A stretch of DNA of 64,000 nt from Candidatus Obscuribacteraceae bacterium (lineage in GTDB: Bacteria > Cyanobacteriota > Vampirovibrionia > Obscuribacterales > Obscuribacteraceae): contig JBGAHS010000008.1 of NCBI GenBank assembly GCA_044226015.1, positions 128,001 to 192,000 on the forward strand. Direction: 5' to 3'. Both the position numbers and the translations under genes were made by a program. Below, piece by piece: positions 1 through 11,800 of the stretch. A model generated the notes under the pieces. That model ran no database searches and was not told the origin of the DNA. It saw nothing but the letters and a program-made list of their open reading frames with translations. Each line of letters starts with the position of its first letter. Positions within the stretch are counted from its first letter, which is position 1.

Positions 1-296
1 TTGAGCCTCGCGAGGAGCGACGGACCTAAGCTACCATGAATGCAAGCGCCGCAGCCTGAAAGCGATCTAAAGTACACAAGTGGCAAATTCCCATTGCTAA
101 ATTTATAACAAGGTTATTAAGTACTAAGACTTCTCCCTTCCCTTGCCAACAGCGGAACGTGGCGTCCAGTAGGCGATGCGAGACACAGTTTCATATACTG
201 CTTCCAATGAATTCAAGAGTCCTTCGTGCATAAATAGCTTGAATTTTGCTCCCGCAAGAAAAATTGCGCACCCAGTAACCCGAATCAGGAAAGCTC

Positions 297-3200
297 ATGC
301 CTCGGAATCCAGAAATCAACAAAGTCTTGGTACTCGGAGCCGGCCCAATTGTGATCGGGCAAGCTTGTGAGTTCGACTATTCAGGAACGCAAGCCTGCAA
401 ATCTCTCAGGGAAGAGGGCATTAAGGTCGTGCTGGTGAACTCTAATCCAGCGACGATAATGACAGATCCTGGTACTGCCGATGTCACCTACATTGAACCG
501 CTGACAGTGTCTGCGCTTACGAAGGTCATTGAAAAAGAACGGCCTGATTCTCTGTTGCCTACGATGGGAGGGCAAACAGCACTGAACCTCGCGGTGGAGC
601 TAGCCGAGAGTGGAGTGCTGGACAAATATGGCGTAAAACTAATCGGCGCAAATATAAGCGCAATCAAGCTTGCTGAAGATCGCGCCATGTTCAGAGATAA
701 GATGATTGAAATTGGCGTGCCGGTTCCAAAATCATGGATTATTCATAATGTTAAAGAACTGGAAAGTTTACGCAACGAGATAAAGTTTCCCCAAGTTGTT
801 AGACCCGCATTCACACTTGGTGGCACAGGCGGTGGCATAGCTTATAACATCGACGATTTACTGAGAATCTCTGCTGCAGGTTTAGCCGCAAGCCCTGTGA
901 GCGAAGTTCTTATTGAAACATATTTGAATGGATGGAAAGAACTTGAACTCGAAGTTGTACGAGATAAAGCAGACAATTTCATAGTCATTTGCCATATAGA
1001 GAATATAGATCCGATGGGTGTCCACACCGGTGACTCAATCACTGTGGCACCACTGCAAACAGTTACAGACCGCGAATATCAAGAGCTTCGTGATGCATCG
1101 AAGCGCATCATGAATGCCATTGGAGTTGATTGCGGTGGATCAAACGTGCAGTTTGCCATCGACCCAGTCACTGGCGAGTACGTTGTTATTGAAATGAACC
1201 CTCGCGTCTCGCGCTCGTCTGCGCTAGCAAGCAAAGCCACTGGTTATCCGATAGCAAAAGTCTCAGCAAAACTGGCAGTCGGCTTTACTCTCGATGAAGT
1301 AAAAAATGAAATTGCAGGTGGAATTTCGGCTTGCTTCGAACCTAGCATTGATTATGTAGTCACCAAAATTCCAAGATTTGATTTCGGCAAATTCGCTGGG
1401 GCCAATGAAACGCTCGGCACAGAAATGAAGTCGGTCGGCGAAGTTATGGCGATAGGCGCGACATTCCAGGAATCAATGCAGAAAGCCCTTCGCGGACTTG
1501 AGCTGGGTCTCAACGGCTATAGCCCGCAGTCAAGCCGCATCACTAGAGACCTGGAACTATGGAAACAAAGACTTGCAAGTCCTTCTCGCCATAGATTGAA
1601 CGACACTTGGGGTGCGTTCAAGGCTGGGTTCACTGTCGAAGAATTGAATCAAATTAGTGGAATAGACCACTGGTTTCTCGATAATCTTTATGAACTGTGG
1701 CAAGTTCAAGAAGCAATCACCCATCAGTGGGCGATAAGAGCTGAAAATGCGGCTGTGTGCGAACAAGAAGCAGAACGAATTTCCATCGAAGACATAGAGG
1801 AAAAGAACTGCGACTTAGAGACAGTCATCTACAAAGACGAACTCCTGCAGTTGAAGAAGATGGGCTTTGGAGACAAGCAAATTGCCAACATCGTTTCTAA
1901 GCTACCGGGCTTTGCCTGGGTAAGAGAAGACGACATTTTCGGATATCGTCGAGCACTAAATATGGTGCCTGGCTACAGCCGTATAGACACCTGCGCTGCT
2001 GAGTTTCCTGGCACAGGAAATTACTTGTATTCTAGCTATCACACATCTGCTGAGGGCGACCGAGAGTACGCCCCAGACAAGAAGCGTCGCGTGATGGTGT
2101 TGGGCTCTGGCCCCAACCGCATCGGACAGGGAATTGAATTCGACTATTGCTGCGTGCAATCAGTTCTCGAACTGCGTGACATGAACATCACCAGCATCAT
2201 GGTTAATTGCAACCCTGAAACAGTCTCGACTGATTACGATACTTCGGATGTATTGTATTTCGAATCGCTTACCTTAGAAGATGTAAGCGAAGTCGCAATG
2301 CTGGAAAAACCCGATGGCATTATCATTCAATTCGGCGGACAGACACCGCTAAAACTCGCTCATGGACTGGAAGCACGCGGCTTTAAGATTCTCGGAACAT
2401 CTCCAGACAGCACGGACTTAGCAGAGGACCGAGCCAGATTCGGCAGATTGGTCACACAGCTAGGCTTAAAACAAGCGGAAGGCGACACAGCCTTCAACAG
2501 CTTCGAAGCAGAGCGTATTGCTGAGAAACTTGGTTTCCCACTCTTAGTAAGACCAAGCTATGTATTGGGTGGCAGAGCAATGCACGTTGTTCAATCAATG
2601 GAACAGCTCAAGAGACTCATGAAGAGTGCTTTCTCCATCGAACCGGAAAAGCCGGTTTTGTTGGATAGATTCCTCGAAGGTGCAACAGAAGTAGATGTTG
2701 ATGTAGTATGCGATGGCAACGACACAGTCATTGCAGGCGTGATGGAACACGTTGAGGAAGCAGGCGTTCACTCCGGTGACAGTTCTTGCATTCTCCCACC
2801 GCAGAATTTGTCAGCACAAATCGTTGGCGAATTGAAAGAAGCAAGCATAAAACTTGCTACAGCGCTCAAAGTTGTGGGCGCATTGAATGTTCAGTGGGCA
2901 GTATATAAAAATGAAATCTACGTACTTGAAGCCAACCCGAGAGCAAGCCGCACTTTGCCTTTTGTTTGCAAAGCCACAGGCGTACCTTGGGTAAAAATTG
3001 CCACTCGCGCAATCATGGGCGAAAGCCTCAAGAGCATGTCGCACCTGTGGACTGACAAGCCGCAATTTACTTTCGTCAAATCAGTTGTGATTCCATTCAG
3101 CAGATTCCACGGAAGCAAGGTCTTCCTGGGTCCTGAAATGCGTTCAACAGGCGAAGTTATGGGTGTAGGCAAGAACTTTGAAATTGCGTACGCTAAGGCA

Positions 3201-3707
3201 CAGGCTGGTGCGGGTCTGCGAATTCCAGATGGTGGAAAAGTGCTGGTTTCTAGTTCTGACCACTGCTTACCTCGTGCATTGGAGGTGCTTGCTCAATATC
3301 AAGCTCTAGGTTTTGAAGCTATATTGACCCGATGGACTCCAGAATCTGACTTGAAAGATTTCAGCAGCGCAGAGCTTTTCTGCGCGAAAGACATGGACGA
3401 AGCCAGCCTGGCAAAGACATTGCAGAACAAAGGCGTGTCGCTTGCAGTAAGTGTTGGTGAACTTGGTGACATTTCCGAACTAGATCAAAAAGTACGCCGC
3501 GCCTGCATCAAGCAGAGAATTCCACTGCTGCTAACGGCTGAGTCAGCATTAGCTCTGGCTAAGTCAATCAGCGCAATTCGCACTGAAGAAGAGACTGTGC
3601 ACAGCATTCAATCTTTGCATGAAATGGCAGCGGAAACGCAAAAACTTGAGTTTGCACCAATGAACTTTGAACCAGCCGTCGACACTAGTATGGTTCAAAC
3701 AATCTAG
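297..3707 (+). CDS. carB: Carbamoyl-phosphate synthase large subunit
   Basis: Hallmark motifs [85 protein letters not shown]; duplicated ATP-grasp halves; AGGA upstream of the ATG. Confidence 0.98.
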   Translation: MPRNPEINKVLVLGAGPIVIGQACEFDYSGTQACKSLREEGIKVVLVNSNPATIMTDPGTADVTYIEPLTVSALTKVIEKERPDSLLPTMGGQTALNLAVELAESGVLDKYGVKLIGANISAIKLAEDRAMFRDKMIEIGVPVPKSWIIHNVKELESLRNEIKFPQVVRPAFTLGGTGGGIAYNIDDLLRISAAGLAASPVSEVLIETYLNGWKELELEVVRDKADNFIVICHIENIDPMGVHTGDSITVAPLQTVTDREYQELRDASKRIMNAIGVDCGGSNVQFAIDPVTGEYVVIEMNPRVSRSSALASKATGYPIAKVSAKLAVGFTLDEVKNEIAGGISACFEPSIDYVVTKIPRFDFGKFAGANETLGTEMKSVGEVMAIGATFQESMQKALRGLELGLNGYSPQSSRITRDLELWKQRLASPSRHRLNDTWGAFKAGFTVEELNQISGIDHWFLDNLYELWQVQEAITHQWAIRAENAAVCEQEAERISIEDIEEKNCDLETVIYKDELLQLKKMGFGDKQIANIVSKLPGFAWVREDDIFGYRRALNMVPGYSRIDTCAAEFPGTGNYLYSSYHTSAEGDREYAPDKKRRVMVLGSGPNRIGQGIEFDYCCVQSVLELRDMNITSIMVNCNPETVSTDYDTSDVLYFESLTLEDVSEVAMLEKPDGIIIQFGGQTPLKLAHGLEARGFKILGTSPDSTDLAEDRARFGRLVTQLGLKQAEGDTAFNSFEAERIAEKLGFPLLVRPSYVLGGRAMHVVQSMEQLKRLMKSAFSIEPEKPVLLDRFLEGATEVDVDVVCDGNDTVIAGVMEHVEEAGVHSGDSSCILPPQNLSAQIVGELKEASIKLATALKVVGALNVQWAVYKNEIYVLEANPRASRTLPFVCKATGVPWVKIATRAIMGESLKSMSHLWTDKPQFTFVKSVVIPFSRFHGSKVFLGPEMRSTGEVMGVGKNFEIAYAKAQAGAGLRIPDGGKVLVSSSDHCLPRALEVLAQYQALGFEAILTRWTPESDLKDFSSAELFCAKDMDEASLAKTLQNKGVSLAVSVGELGDISELDQKVRRACIKQRIPLLLTAESALALAKSISAIRTEEETVHSIQSLHEMAAETQKLEFAPMNFEPAVDTSMVQTI

Positions 3708-3721
3708 CAAGAGAGTAGAAT

Positions 3722-6700
3722 GTGCTTGCCGGTTCTATGGAAAGCCAAGTGGCAGAATCAAGCACTAAGAGTTCCAACGCAAACACGGAAGCGCCGAAAT
3801 GGAGCATCTTCCTTGGGCTGACTTTACTGGCGATTGCCTGCGCCTTTTTCAAAAGCATCTTTCTGGCAGAGCCAATTTCGCGCTTTGATTTGATTACACA
3901 ACTAGATGTCCTCTTCAACCCCCAGTTGAATGGCTCAGGAATAACAGTTGCGCAAGATCCCAGCGCGTGCTTACAGAGCATTCCGCGAGAATTCCTGGTT
4001 CAAGAACAACTCAGACATTTCATCTTGCCGCTATGGAACAACCTCTCAGGGTGCGGGCAGCCAATTCTAGCTGACCCGGCAAATACAATCTTTGGACCAA
4101 TCGACGTCATTTTCTCTCCACTAAATCAGTCCGTTTACAACATCGGACTCATCGTTAAAATGCTGATTGGCGGTGCTCTGTCTTTCTGGTTATTCACCAG
4201 ATACGGTGCAGAACCCTGGGCAGCAAGCACAGTAGCGGTAGGTTTCGCACTGTGCGCGAGAGTACTGCGCGGCATCGAGCTTGCGACAGACTACGAAATA
4301 CTGCCGGCAATTTTTCTGGCATTCTCGTTTCTCACACCGAAGGCTAGCATGTCGCGCATCGCTGGCTGTTCTTTGATGCTGGCTTTTGCTTATGTGTCAC
4401 TGCATCCTGAAGTTTTTTTTGTTGGAGTTCTTTCAGCAAGTATAATATGGTTCTCAAACTTCTACTCCGCGTTGAAGGACAAGAAGCGGGTTTTGAAAAG
4501 AGCGTTCCGTAGCTTCATTTTATTCGGCATCATAACTGTTTTGATAGTCTCGCCATTTCTGGTTTCCTTCTTTGAGTACTTGAAGCTTGCTCAGAGCTAC
4601 AAATATCACGATGCAAGCATGCAGTTTATTCCGATTGACCAGTTGCTCAAACACCTATGTGATGCAAAGGTTGATGGAACACTCTTTCCAGGGTGGCTGG
4701 TCATCTTCGGTGCTCTGGCATCAATTTGTTTTAGGTGGAAACAAAAGTGGTCTGTGATGCTTGTAGCCACCTTGTGGATTTTATTTTCGTGCCGACCACT
4801 GGGTCTGATTCAGACGCTGGGAAAGCCGCCGCTTTCGTATTTGCTCCCGGAATATGGTCTAGGCTGCATCCTCTTAATGGTATGCACCATGGCAGCACTT
4901 GGGCTGACTAAACTACGCGAAACAGGGTCAAAAAAATGCCTGGCTGTTGGTGTAGCAGCTAGCATTGGCTCGCTAATACTCGCGTTAAGCGGGGGACTGA
5001 GCAGCGCCAGGCAGCTACTATTGCCGGCACTCACGATGGTCGCGGCTCTGGCGACCATATACATATCTAGAAAAACGAACTCAGAACAGGGAACGAAAAA
5101 CTTAGCAGAAGTTCCGGCTTCAGGTTCAGCATCACTAGTGGCTGCAAACCAAGGTCCCGATAATGATTCTGATTCAAAGGCCGATTCCACTAGTAATAAA
5201 GATGCGGACCCAAGTTCAACGACAGGTCCAACGAGACACCCTGAGGTGGATACTACTTCAACGAGCGATTCATCGACGAATACAAGTGCTGAATCCCGAA
5301 AGAAGGTGCTCAAAGCAGCCCTTGTTCTTTTGCCTGCTATCAATTCATTATTCATGCTCGCGCCAGCCCGACAGGAGCTTCCAGCCACACGACAGGTCGC
5401 GATTCCTCCATCAGGCGAAACCGAATTTATAAACAAGCTCAGATCTTACGGAAACGACAGAGTCACCGCATGTGGTGACCGCATCTTCCAACCGGAAACA
5501 AATTTGCTTTACGGCATTTCAGATTTGCGAACTTGCAGCCCACTAAACAACACGCGATACCTACGTTACATGGAGGCACTTGGAGCCAAACTAGGCTATT
5601 GCAATATGATACAGGTGCCAACCGAGCTAAACCATTTGCTCGACATGGCATCAGTCAAACACATAGTGTCCGACGAGCCACCAGTAGATATTCGAACCAT
5701 CAAAGAGAATTCGAAACAAGAAAAACCAATTGCTGCACAACCAAGCACGCAGCAGGAAGCGGGCAGTAAGAACTCCACAGAAGCAGATACTGTAAGCACC
5801 GAATCTTCGGAGACCCAGAGAACAGCTAGCACTGCAGTGCCATCGACAGCTTCCGACTCTACAGGTTCAAGCACATCTGCAAATTCAAAATCTATTACCA
5901 GCACAAAATCAGCTACCAGCAGCAGCTCAAGCTCATCAGTTGACTCAAGCTCTTCCGTTGACTCAAGCACAATCAATCCAGCATCAAGAGCAAGCACTGA
6001 AGGACGCATTATGCCAGGGTTACGGCTGCTAAAAGTAGACCTCTCTGGAGCACCAGGTCTTGCTTCGGTAAACTGCGAAATCATGCTGCGTGCGCACAAG
6101 CACTTAGGTTCGCGTTACGCCGTTCAACTCCTCATCAAAACAGACAGTGGAGAACTTCTTAGCAGCAAGGCTCAAACCATCAACACTCAAGGCGCGGCGG
6201 TCACAACTCAAACAGAGGCAATATCTAATAGTGATGAGAAAAGCATCGAGTTCGCTGGCGGTTCTGAAAAAGACATCCAAGCAAGCGCCCATAATTCCGA
6301 ACACACCTTTCATATGCCGCTCAATCTGAAGCGCAGCTCCAATCAGCTTCTGCTGCGCATTCTAGACACGTGGACCGGTTCGCGCATACAAGCTGATGGT
6401 AAGAATCTACAAGTCCAAGATAGCGAAATAGTTCTTGCCGACAAGAGTAAACTAAACTCGTTTTTTGATGTTAAAGGTTCCGGCAAAGATAGATTTAGCG
6501 TTGAGTTTGAAAGCCCAACTATGCATAGAATTTATGCGAATAACTCGGCACTTCCATCGGCGTACATTGTGCATCACCTTTTTCTGGCGAGCAATGGCAA
6601 CGAGGCATTGAAAAAGATTAGCGAGAATGACTTCGACTACCAGAATAGCGTCGTGCTGGAAACATACGGACAGCGAATGAATCTCGACCAGCTGAATAAC

Positions 6701-7027
6701 ACAAGCACAGATAAAGGCGACAGAGTTGAAACTCTGTCGAGCAATAGCATGTCGAAGACGTACAACTACACAAGCAAACAAGCTGGCATCTTCGTGCTAA
6801 CAGACTGTTACTACCCCGGATGGCGAGCGGAGGTCGACGGCAAGAGCACAGGCATCTATCGCAGTAATTTCCTTTTTCAATCAATTTTTGTGCCAGCAGG
6901 CACACATCAGGTCAAGTTCTACTACTCGCCATCGACCCTCATCGCATCCATTATTGTTTCAATCATGATCAGCGGGCTCTGCCTCTCATTGGTCATACAG
7001 GGAATGATGCGCCTCTCGCAGAAGTAG
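3722..7027 (+). CDS. YfhO-like GT-C membrane glycosyltransferase (paralog 1) with Ser/Thr-rich insertions
   Basis: PLWNNLSGCGQP near the N-terminus, many hydrophobic segments, C-terminal LTDCYYPGWRAEVDGK...VPAGTHQVKFYYSP plus final TM helix; starts 14 bp after the carB stop; true start may be ATG 3737. Confidence 0.85.
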   Translation: MLAGSMESQVAESSTKSSNANTEAPKWSIFLGLTLLAIACAFFKSIFLAEPISRFDLITQLDVLFNPQLNGSGITVAQDPSACLQSIPREFLVQEQLRHFILPLWNNLSGCGQPILADPANTIFGPIDVIFSPLNQSVYNIGLIVKMLIGGALSFWLFTRYGAEPWAASTVAVGFALCARVLRGIELATDYEILPAIFLAFSFLTPKASMSRIAGCSLMLAFAYVSLHPEVFFVGVLSASIIWFSNFYSALKDKKRVLKRAFRSFILFGIITVLIVSPFLVSFFEYLKLAQSYKYHDASMQFIPIDQLLKHLCDAKVDGTLFPGWLVIFGALASICFRWKQKWSVMLVATLWILFSCRPLGLIQTLGKPPLSYLLPEYGLGCILLMVCTMAALGLTKLRETGSKKCLAVGVAASIGSLILALSGGLSSARQLLLPALTMVAALATIYISRKTNSEQGTKNLAEVPASGSASLVAANQGPDNDSDSKADSTSNKDADPSSTTGPTRHPEVDTTSTSDSSTNTSAESRKKVLKAALVLLPAINSLFMLAPARQELPATRQVAIPPSGETEFINKLRSYGNDRVTACGDRIFQPETNLLYGISDLRTCSPLNNTRYLRYMEALGAKLGYCNMIQVPTELNHLLDMASVKHIVSDEPPVDIRTIKENSKQEKPIAAQPSTQQEAGSKNSTEADTVSTESSETQRTASTAVPSTASDSTGSSTSANSKSITSTKSATSSSSSSSVDSSSSVDSSTINPASRASTEGRIMPGLRLLKVDLSGAPGLASVNCEIMLRAHKHLGSRYAVQLLIKTDSGELLSSKAQTINTQGAAVTTQTEAISNSDEKSIEFAGGSEKDIQASAHNSEHTFHMPLNLKRSSNQLLLRILDTWTGSRIQADGKNLQVQDSEIVLADKSKLNSFFDVKGSGKDRFSVEFESPTMHRIYANNSALPSAYIVHHLFLASNGNEALKKISENDFDYQNSVVLETYGQRMNLDQLNNTSTDKGDRVETLSSNSMSKTYNYTSKQAGIFVLTDCYYPGWRAEVDGKSTGIYRSNFLFQSIFVPAGTHQVKFYYSPSTLIASIIVSIMISGLCLSLVIQGMMRLSQK
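5885..5968 (+). repeat. In-frame 18-bp degenerate tandem repeats (SKSITS/TKSATS; SSSSVD x2) in YfhO paralog 1
   Basis: tcaaaatctattaccagc/acaaaatcagctaccagc and tcaagctcatcagttgac/tcaagctcttccgttgac/tcaagc read directly. Confidence 0.8.
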
Positions 7028-7054
7028 TTTTCTTGAGCAGCTATACATTCGCAA

Positions 7055-8860
7055 TCAAGTGTCCTTCTGTTGGAACTCAAGAATTTTAGGCAACTCAGCC
7101 AACTTGTGAATCGGTTCGCAGTCACGGTAACGAATCAGGTCGGGAAGATTTTTATCTGGCTTTCCCAGCCTAACGCACTCCTCCAGTGCAGCTAAACAAA
7201 CATAATTGGCCGACAATTCAGGTTCGAATGTGGGGTAGTGCATCCCTAGATTTCGGCGCATCATTTCTTCCCACCGTTCCAAAGCCATCACGAATTCGCC
7301 AGTATCATGGTAATGCTTGGCTAACAAACGCAGCGCACCTACGTGCCCTTCGGATGCAACTTTCTCAAGTACTTTTTTACCGCGCTCTTTCAACTCAGCC
7401 GCAGGCCAGGGAAGTAAGTAGCGCCCCAGTAAATACTCGCTTTCCCGACAAGGAAACTCCTCTATCAACCTTTCAAAGTAACTTACCTTTCGATTACACA
7501 CATTGCTTATACGAATCAACGTAACTATGGCTCTTAAGTCTCCAGATGCGGCATTCTCCTCAATTTGAGCTAGCTTCTCTTTACTAATCTGCACATTCGG
7601 CTCGCACTTTGGATAGATATAGCTATCGATCTTCTCCAGCTCTAAATACGAAACGGCCACACTATGCCCTTTTTTGGCGGCGCCTGCTATCAGCTGGGCT
7701 CGCCGGTCGTTCCAAATTTCGAAATAATCCCCTCCTCGTTTTTCAACGTAATCTTGATTGGGGCAACGCAAACCCAAAAAAAACATCGCTCCAGCGTGCG
7801 CGTCCTCAACTAGATCAAAAATCGGCAATAGCTCATAGCCCAGCTTGTATTTTGTATATCTCAATTCTCCAAGCAGCAAGCAAAATTTGTATGCAGCTTC
7901 GCTTTCGTCCCTACCTTGAATACGGAACTTTTCGAGGGCTTCGTATATGAAGTCTGGACCCTGCTTAAGGCAAAGTTCAGGTGCTACTTCAAAAGGTGGA
8001 CTGATCCCATAAAACTCAGTTCGCAAATGCAGTGGAATCTCGGTATTGCTATCCCACGGAACATATTTATAGTTCGCTAAAACGACCTTCGCTGATTCCA
8101 CATCATAAGCACATTGCACAAGTTCGTGCAGTTCGGTGACGGCTTCCGCTAGTATTTTTGGTTTTTCCTTATTGTATTCTTCGAATGCTTTGTTGGCTGC
8201 CGTTACTACTCCGACAAATTTACCATGATAATATACGGCTGAATCGACATTACATTTTGTGAAAAAAAATTGATGCAAAATGAAGTGATATACGTCTTCC
8301 TCACTTTCAAAGAAAGTCGATTTGTCAGACTGATACCGATTTATAAACTCACGTATTGCGCATTTTGCCCTGTCAAAAAACTTTTGTCGAGTTTGTATGA
8401 TTTGCCGCCGAGCATGAACAAAATAGATCTCGGCATTTCCGGCAGATAATGAGTATCTCTCTTCAAAGGCTTTTCCTTTAACCGGATACTCACGTTCATT
8501 TTCTTTCCAGGATATCCCAGGACTCAACAAAAATGTGAACAGCTCAAAGAAATTGTTCCGTCGCATCAATCTTCTGGACAAAACTCTCAAAGTCAGTAAT
8601 AGCTGCAGCGTTGACTGAAGGTTAGCCTGAAACCGCGGTGAGAATGGATCAACTTCAGGAACAGCATTCTTCAACTCATCCATTATTCGCTTGGGTACAG
8701 CAATCTTCTTGTCGCCGAAGCTATAGCGAAAATCGTAGAAATCGTAGGGGCTCAGAATTTCGTCGAGCACTTCGAAATTATCATTTTTGGCCAGAAGGAA
8801 TTCAAAAAAGACATCCCCATCAAGAGTCTTATTTTCCTTCTGACTCGACTTTTTTGGCAT
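7055..8860 (-). CDS. Hypothetical protein with C-terminal Sel1/TPR-like helical repeats
   Basis: 601-aa ORF; AAKKGHSVAVSYL, AASGDLRAIVTL, VASEGHVGALRLLAKHY resemble Sel1 repeats; AGAGGAG just upstream of the ATG; overlaps the upstream giant gene by 32 bp. Confidence 0.6.
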   Translation of the reverse strand: MPKKSSQKENKTLDGDVFFEFLLAKNDNFEVLDEILSPYDFYDFRYSFGDKKIAVPKRIMDELKNAVPEVDPFSPRFQANLQSTLQLLLTLRVLSRRLMRRNNFFELFTFLLSPGISWKENEREYPVKGKAFEERYSLSAGNAEIYFVHARRQIIQTRQKFFDRAKCAIREFINRYQSDKSTFFESEEDVYHFILHQFFFTKCNVDSAVYYHGKFVGVVTAANKAFEEYNKEKPKILAEAVTELHELVQCAYDVESAKVVLANYKYVPWDSNTEIPLHLRTEFYGISPPFEVAPELCLKQGPDFIYEALEKFRIQGRDESEAAYKFCLLLGELRYTKYKLGYELLPIFDLVEDAHAGAMFFLGLRCPNQDYVEKRGGDYFEIWNDRRAQLIAGAAKKGHSVAVSYLELEKIDSYIYPKCEPNVQISKEKLAQIEENAASGDLRAIVTLIRISNVCNRKVSYFERLIEEFPCRESEYLLGRYLLPWPAAELKERGKKVLEKVASEGHVGALRLLAKHYHDTGEFVMALERWEEMMRRNLGMHYPTFEPELSANYVCLAALEECVRLGKPDKNLPDLIRYRDCEPIHKLAELPKILEFQQKDT

Positions 8861-11800
8861 AGGCTCCTCTGTTATTTGAAAGCATGGCTATGGCTGCCGC
8901 TGTTTTTAATACATGAGTCTTTAAATACTTGTTTTCTCTAACATTTAAGACTCTCCTCAAAGTCTTTTCTCCCATTAGAAGAGATGGAATACTCAACTCA
9001 GCGATATGTAAGTCGCCTTTGAGCGTTCGTTCCTGTCTAATAGAAGTCGAGCCACCTGGGGGCTTTGAGAACAACATGTGCCCAGGGTTTAGACAAACCT
9101 GCATTCCCCCTATCTTTACTTTTACACTGTCTCTAGATTGGTCAGCTAAATTACAAACTGAAATTCCGATTGGACTAGCACAAATTTGCAAAAAGCTGCC
9201 ACCTTTAACGGAGAGTTTTACCCTGCTGCCGACATAGATCTCCTGGTTTCTTTTTGCATAAAAGTAGAATGTGCCGTTTTCAAAGTGAGTGCCCTGACGC
9301 CGATGATGGAAAGCTCTTGCATGTAAATCCTCAGTCCAGATCTGGAGCCTATCATCGTCCAGATTATATAGCTTAGAATCATAAACGAATTCCGAAAATG
9401 CAATGGGGATTGCATCGAATGCACCAACTTGGCTTCCGTTTTTTAGAACAAATGATTGAAGCTGATTGGCATCAAAGACTACCTGCCTGTTGAGTCCATT
9501 CAGAAAATTTGTGCTCCCAACCCCGGTAACTACCGGCTTACTGTTCCCTTTCGAGTCTGTTTTGGTTCCCCATAAAACCGTTCCTTGAACCACGATGTTA
9601 TCTTGATTTGTAGCCAAGCTTGTATTTGAACCTTGCTGTCCAGCTATACCGAAATACACGTTCCCTTTGTTATCTTCGCCAGCTCCGACAGCATTGACGA
9701 CAGACGCATCCAAAGAAACTCTGGTGCCAGCGATAATTTCAAGATTACCTCGCACTGTATTGATCTGCGATTTCGAGGCGCTCAGAAGCGCAGCCGCAGA
9801 AATAACTGTATCTCCTCCCGCAAGAATGCTTCCATTAGCAAAACGAATGTTTCCGTTTAAGGAATCAATCACAGCCGGACCCGACAATGATACAGGTCCA
9901 GCAATCCTCATATCGCCAAAACCGGCGGATTCTAGCCTCAAAGATGCACCAGCATTGAGGCGGGCTACACTGCTGCTGCTACTTGTGTTATAGACATAAA
10001 CATTTCCTCCAGTACCAACACTGCCATCTTGAGAGAGTCCACCTCGACCGGTACTTACATCGATCACTTTCGCATCAACGACGTATGGAGCATAAAACGG
10101 CAAAGTCGTAAAGTCAAATTCGATGCCACCTAGAGTGCCCGACAAAGGAACATGAGCTAACGGTTGTCCGACCGTTAAGGTTCCGCCATGGACATTTCCT
10201 GAAGTGGAAGTTAAAATCAATCGCCCTGTTGATATGTAATTGCTTGCGTTGATAATGTCCCCACTCAATGCGGTTTCTATTTCAATGCTTGCTGATGACT
10301 TAATACCATTAGAAGTAATGGTAGTTTGCAGGACATCGGAAGCGCTCAAGGTCTTAAGAGAAACTTCCGACAGAGCATCCTTTGCTCCTGTTCCCAAAGG
10401 AAGGGGGAGATCAATTGATCCGTAAGAAACTAAATTCAACACGCCCACCACACCACCATTAGTCCGAAGCTCAGTATTTCCCTTGTTCTCAACATAAAAA
10501 ATTCCACTGAATGATACCTCCAATCTGAGAGCACTTCCTTCAGTTTGAATAGGGAAGCGGCCCAGTCCTATACTACCTTCAGCAGACAACGTGATTGAAT
10601 TGCTTTGTAACTGTGGCAATCTTGTAACCGGTCCATATTCAAGAATGTTTGTCTTAGCAGTGATGCTAATTGAATTTCCTTGAAGATTCGCACCGAATCT
10701 TACGGAGGGAGGGCGGCTCGTTCCATCCAAAGCACCTGTCTGATTTATGTCTAATTTTTGCGCTCTAACTGAAGTAAAATTAGAGCCAAGAGCACTGGAA
10801 GCGGCTGGCTCTTTGCCTGGCTGGAAGCCAAGATTTAAGCTGCCAGCTGACAGAGTAACCGTTCCAACTGAATCCAGCAAAACCTTGTTAGAAGAAGTTG
10901 GATCTGATACTAGATTAAGTGTGAATACAACCCCTTGCTGAGGTATCTCTGAAATCCTTATTTCATTGCTGCTAGCATGGGAAACATCAATAGAAGTGGC
11001 ATTTCCTCCAAACTCTAGATTTATTGAAGAGGGCGCGTCGACATATATCGAACCTATAATCCGTCCTTGAAGATTAGCTTTTAAACTCGAAGCACCATTG
11101 AGTTGCAGTTTTGCAGAATTGATGGTTTCATCTTTTGTATTTACCGATGCGCATTGAATTGTTGTTGAGTTAGCAAGAATTGCTCCATTTATATCAACCC
11201 GCCCTGACTGCAAAGGAGTATTCAATGTTATTTGTGCTCCTAGCGCGTCCTTATTGACCCCCCGAGCATTTAGAGAAGAGCCCACGTCTATAGTGATATT
11301 TCCTCCAGAATCTACATCTATCAATCCGTCATTACCGTTTGCCGAAATTTCTGAGGAATTAGTTACCAAATCAGCTCCTTTAGAAACAAGCTTGACCCAG
11401 CCACCTTTAGTTGCAGGACTGTTGTACTTAGACGAGCTTGAAATCGAAGACTGCCCAATGTCCAGTTTTCCTGCAGATTCAATTAGAATGCTAGGTTCCG
11501 TGCGATTAGTCCAGCCACCATCAGCGGTGACAATAAGATTCTTTCCTTCTCCACCTAAGTTGAGATCTTGTCCACTACTTAAGGAGCGAATTATGACTGT
11601 TCCGCCCGGGTTATTTGAAACGCTATCAGCAAAGATTTCAACTTGCCCGTCTTGCTGAATCGTAGACGCCTCAAGCTTAATAAAACCAAGCTTCGAAGAC
11701 TCAATTCTGAATCCATCAAGGGTTAGCTTGCCTTGAGGTGAGCTAATATTGACCTTGCCTCCTGTACCGGCTACACCAGTTATTGAACCATTCTTTAGCT

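Noticed and set aside
163..175. cgtccagtaggcg resembles the PyrR-binding loop upstream of carB
   Set aside because: One base short of ARUCCNGNGAGGYU, with no upstream CUUUAA element and no evident terminator/antiterminator
4413..4420. T8 tract in YfhO paralog 1 (similar A/T 7-8 runs near 8262, 34497, 38779) as phase-variation sites
   Set aside because: Short A/T runs are expected by chance, and the coding ones leave their ORFs intact
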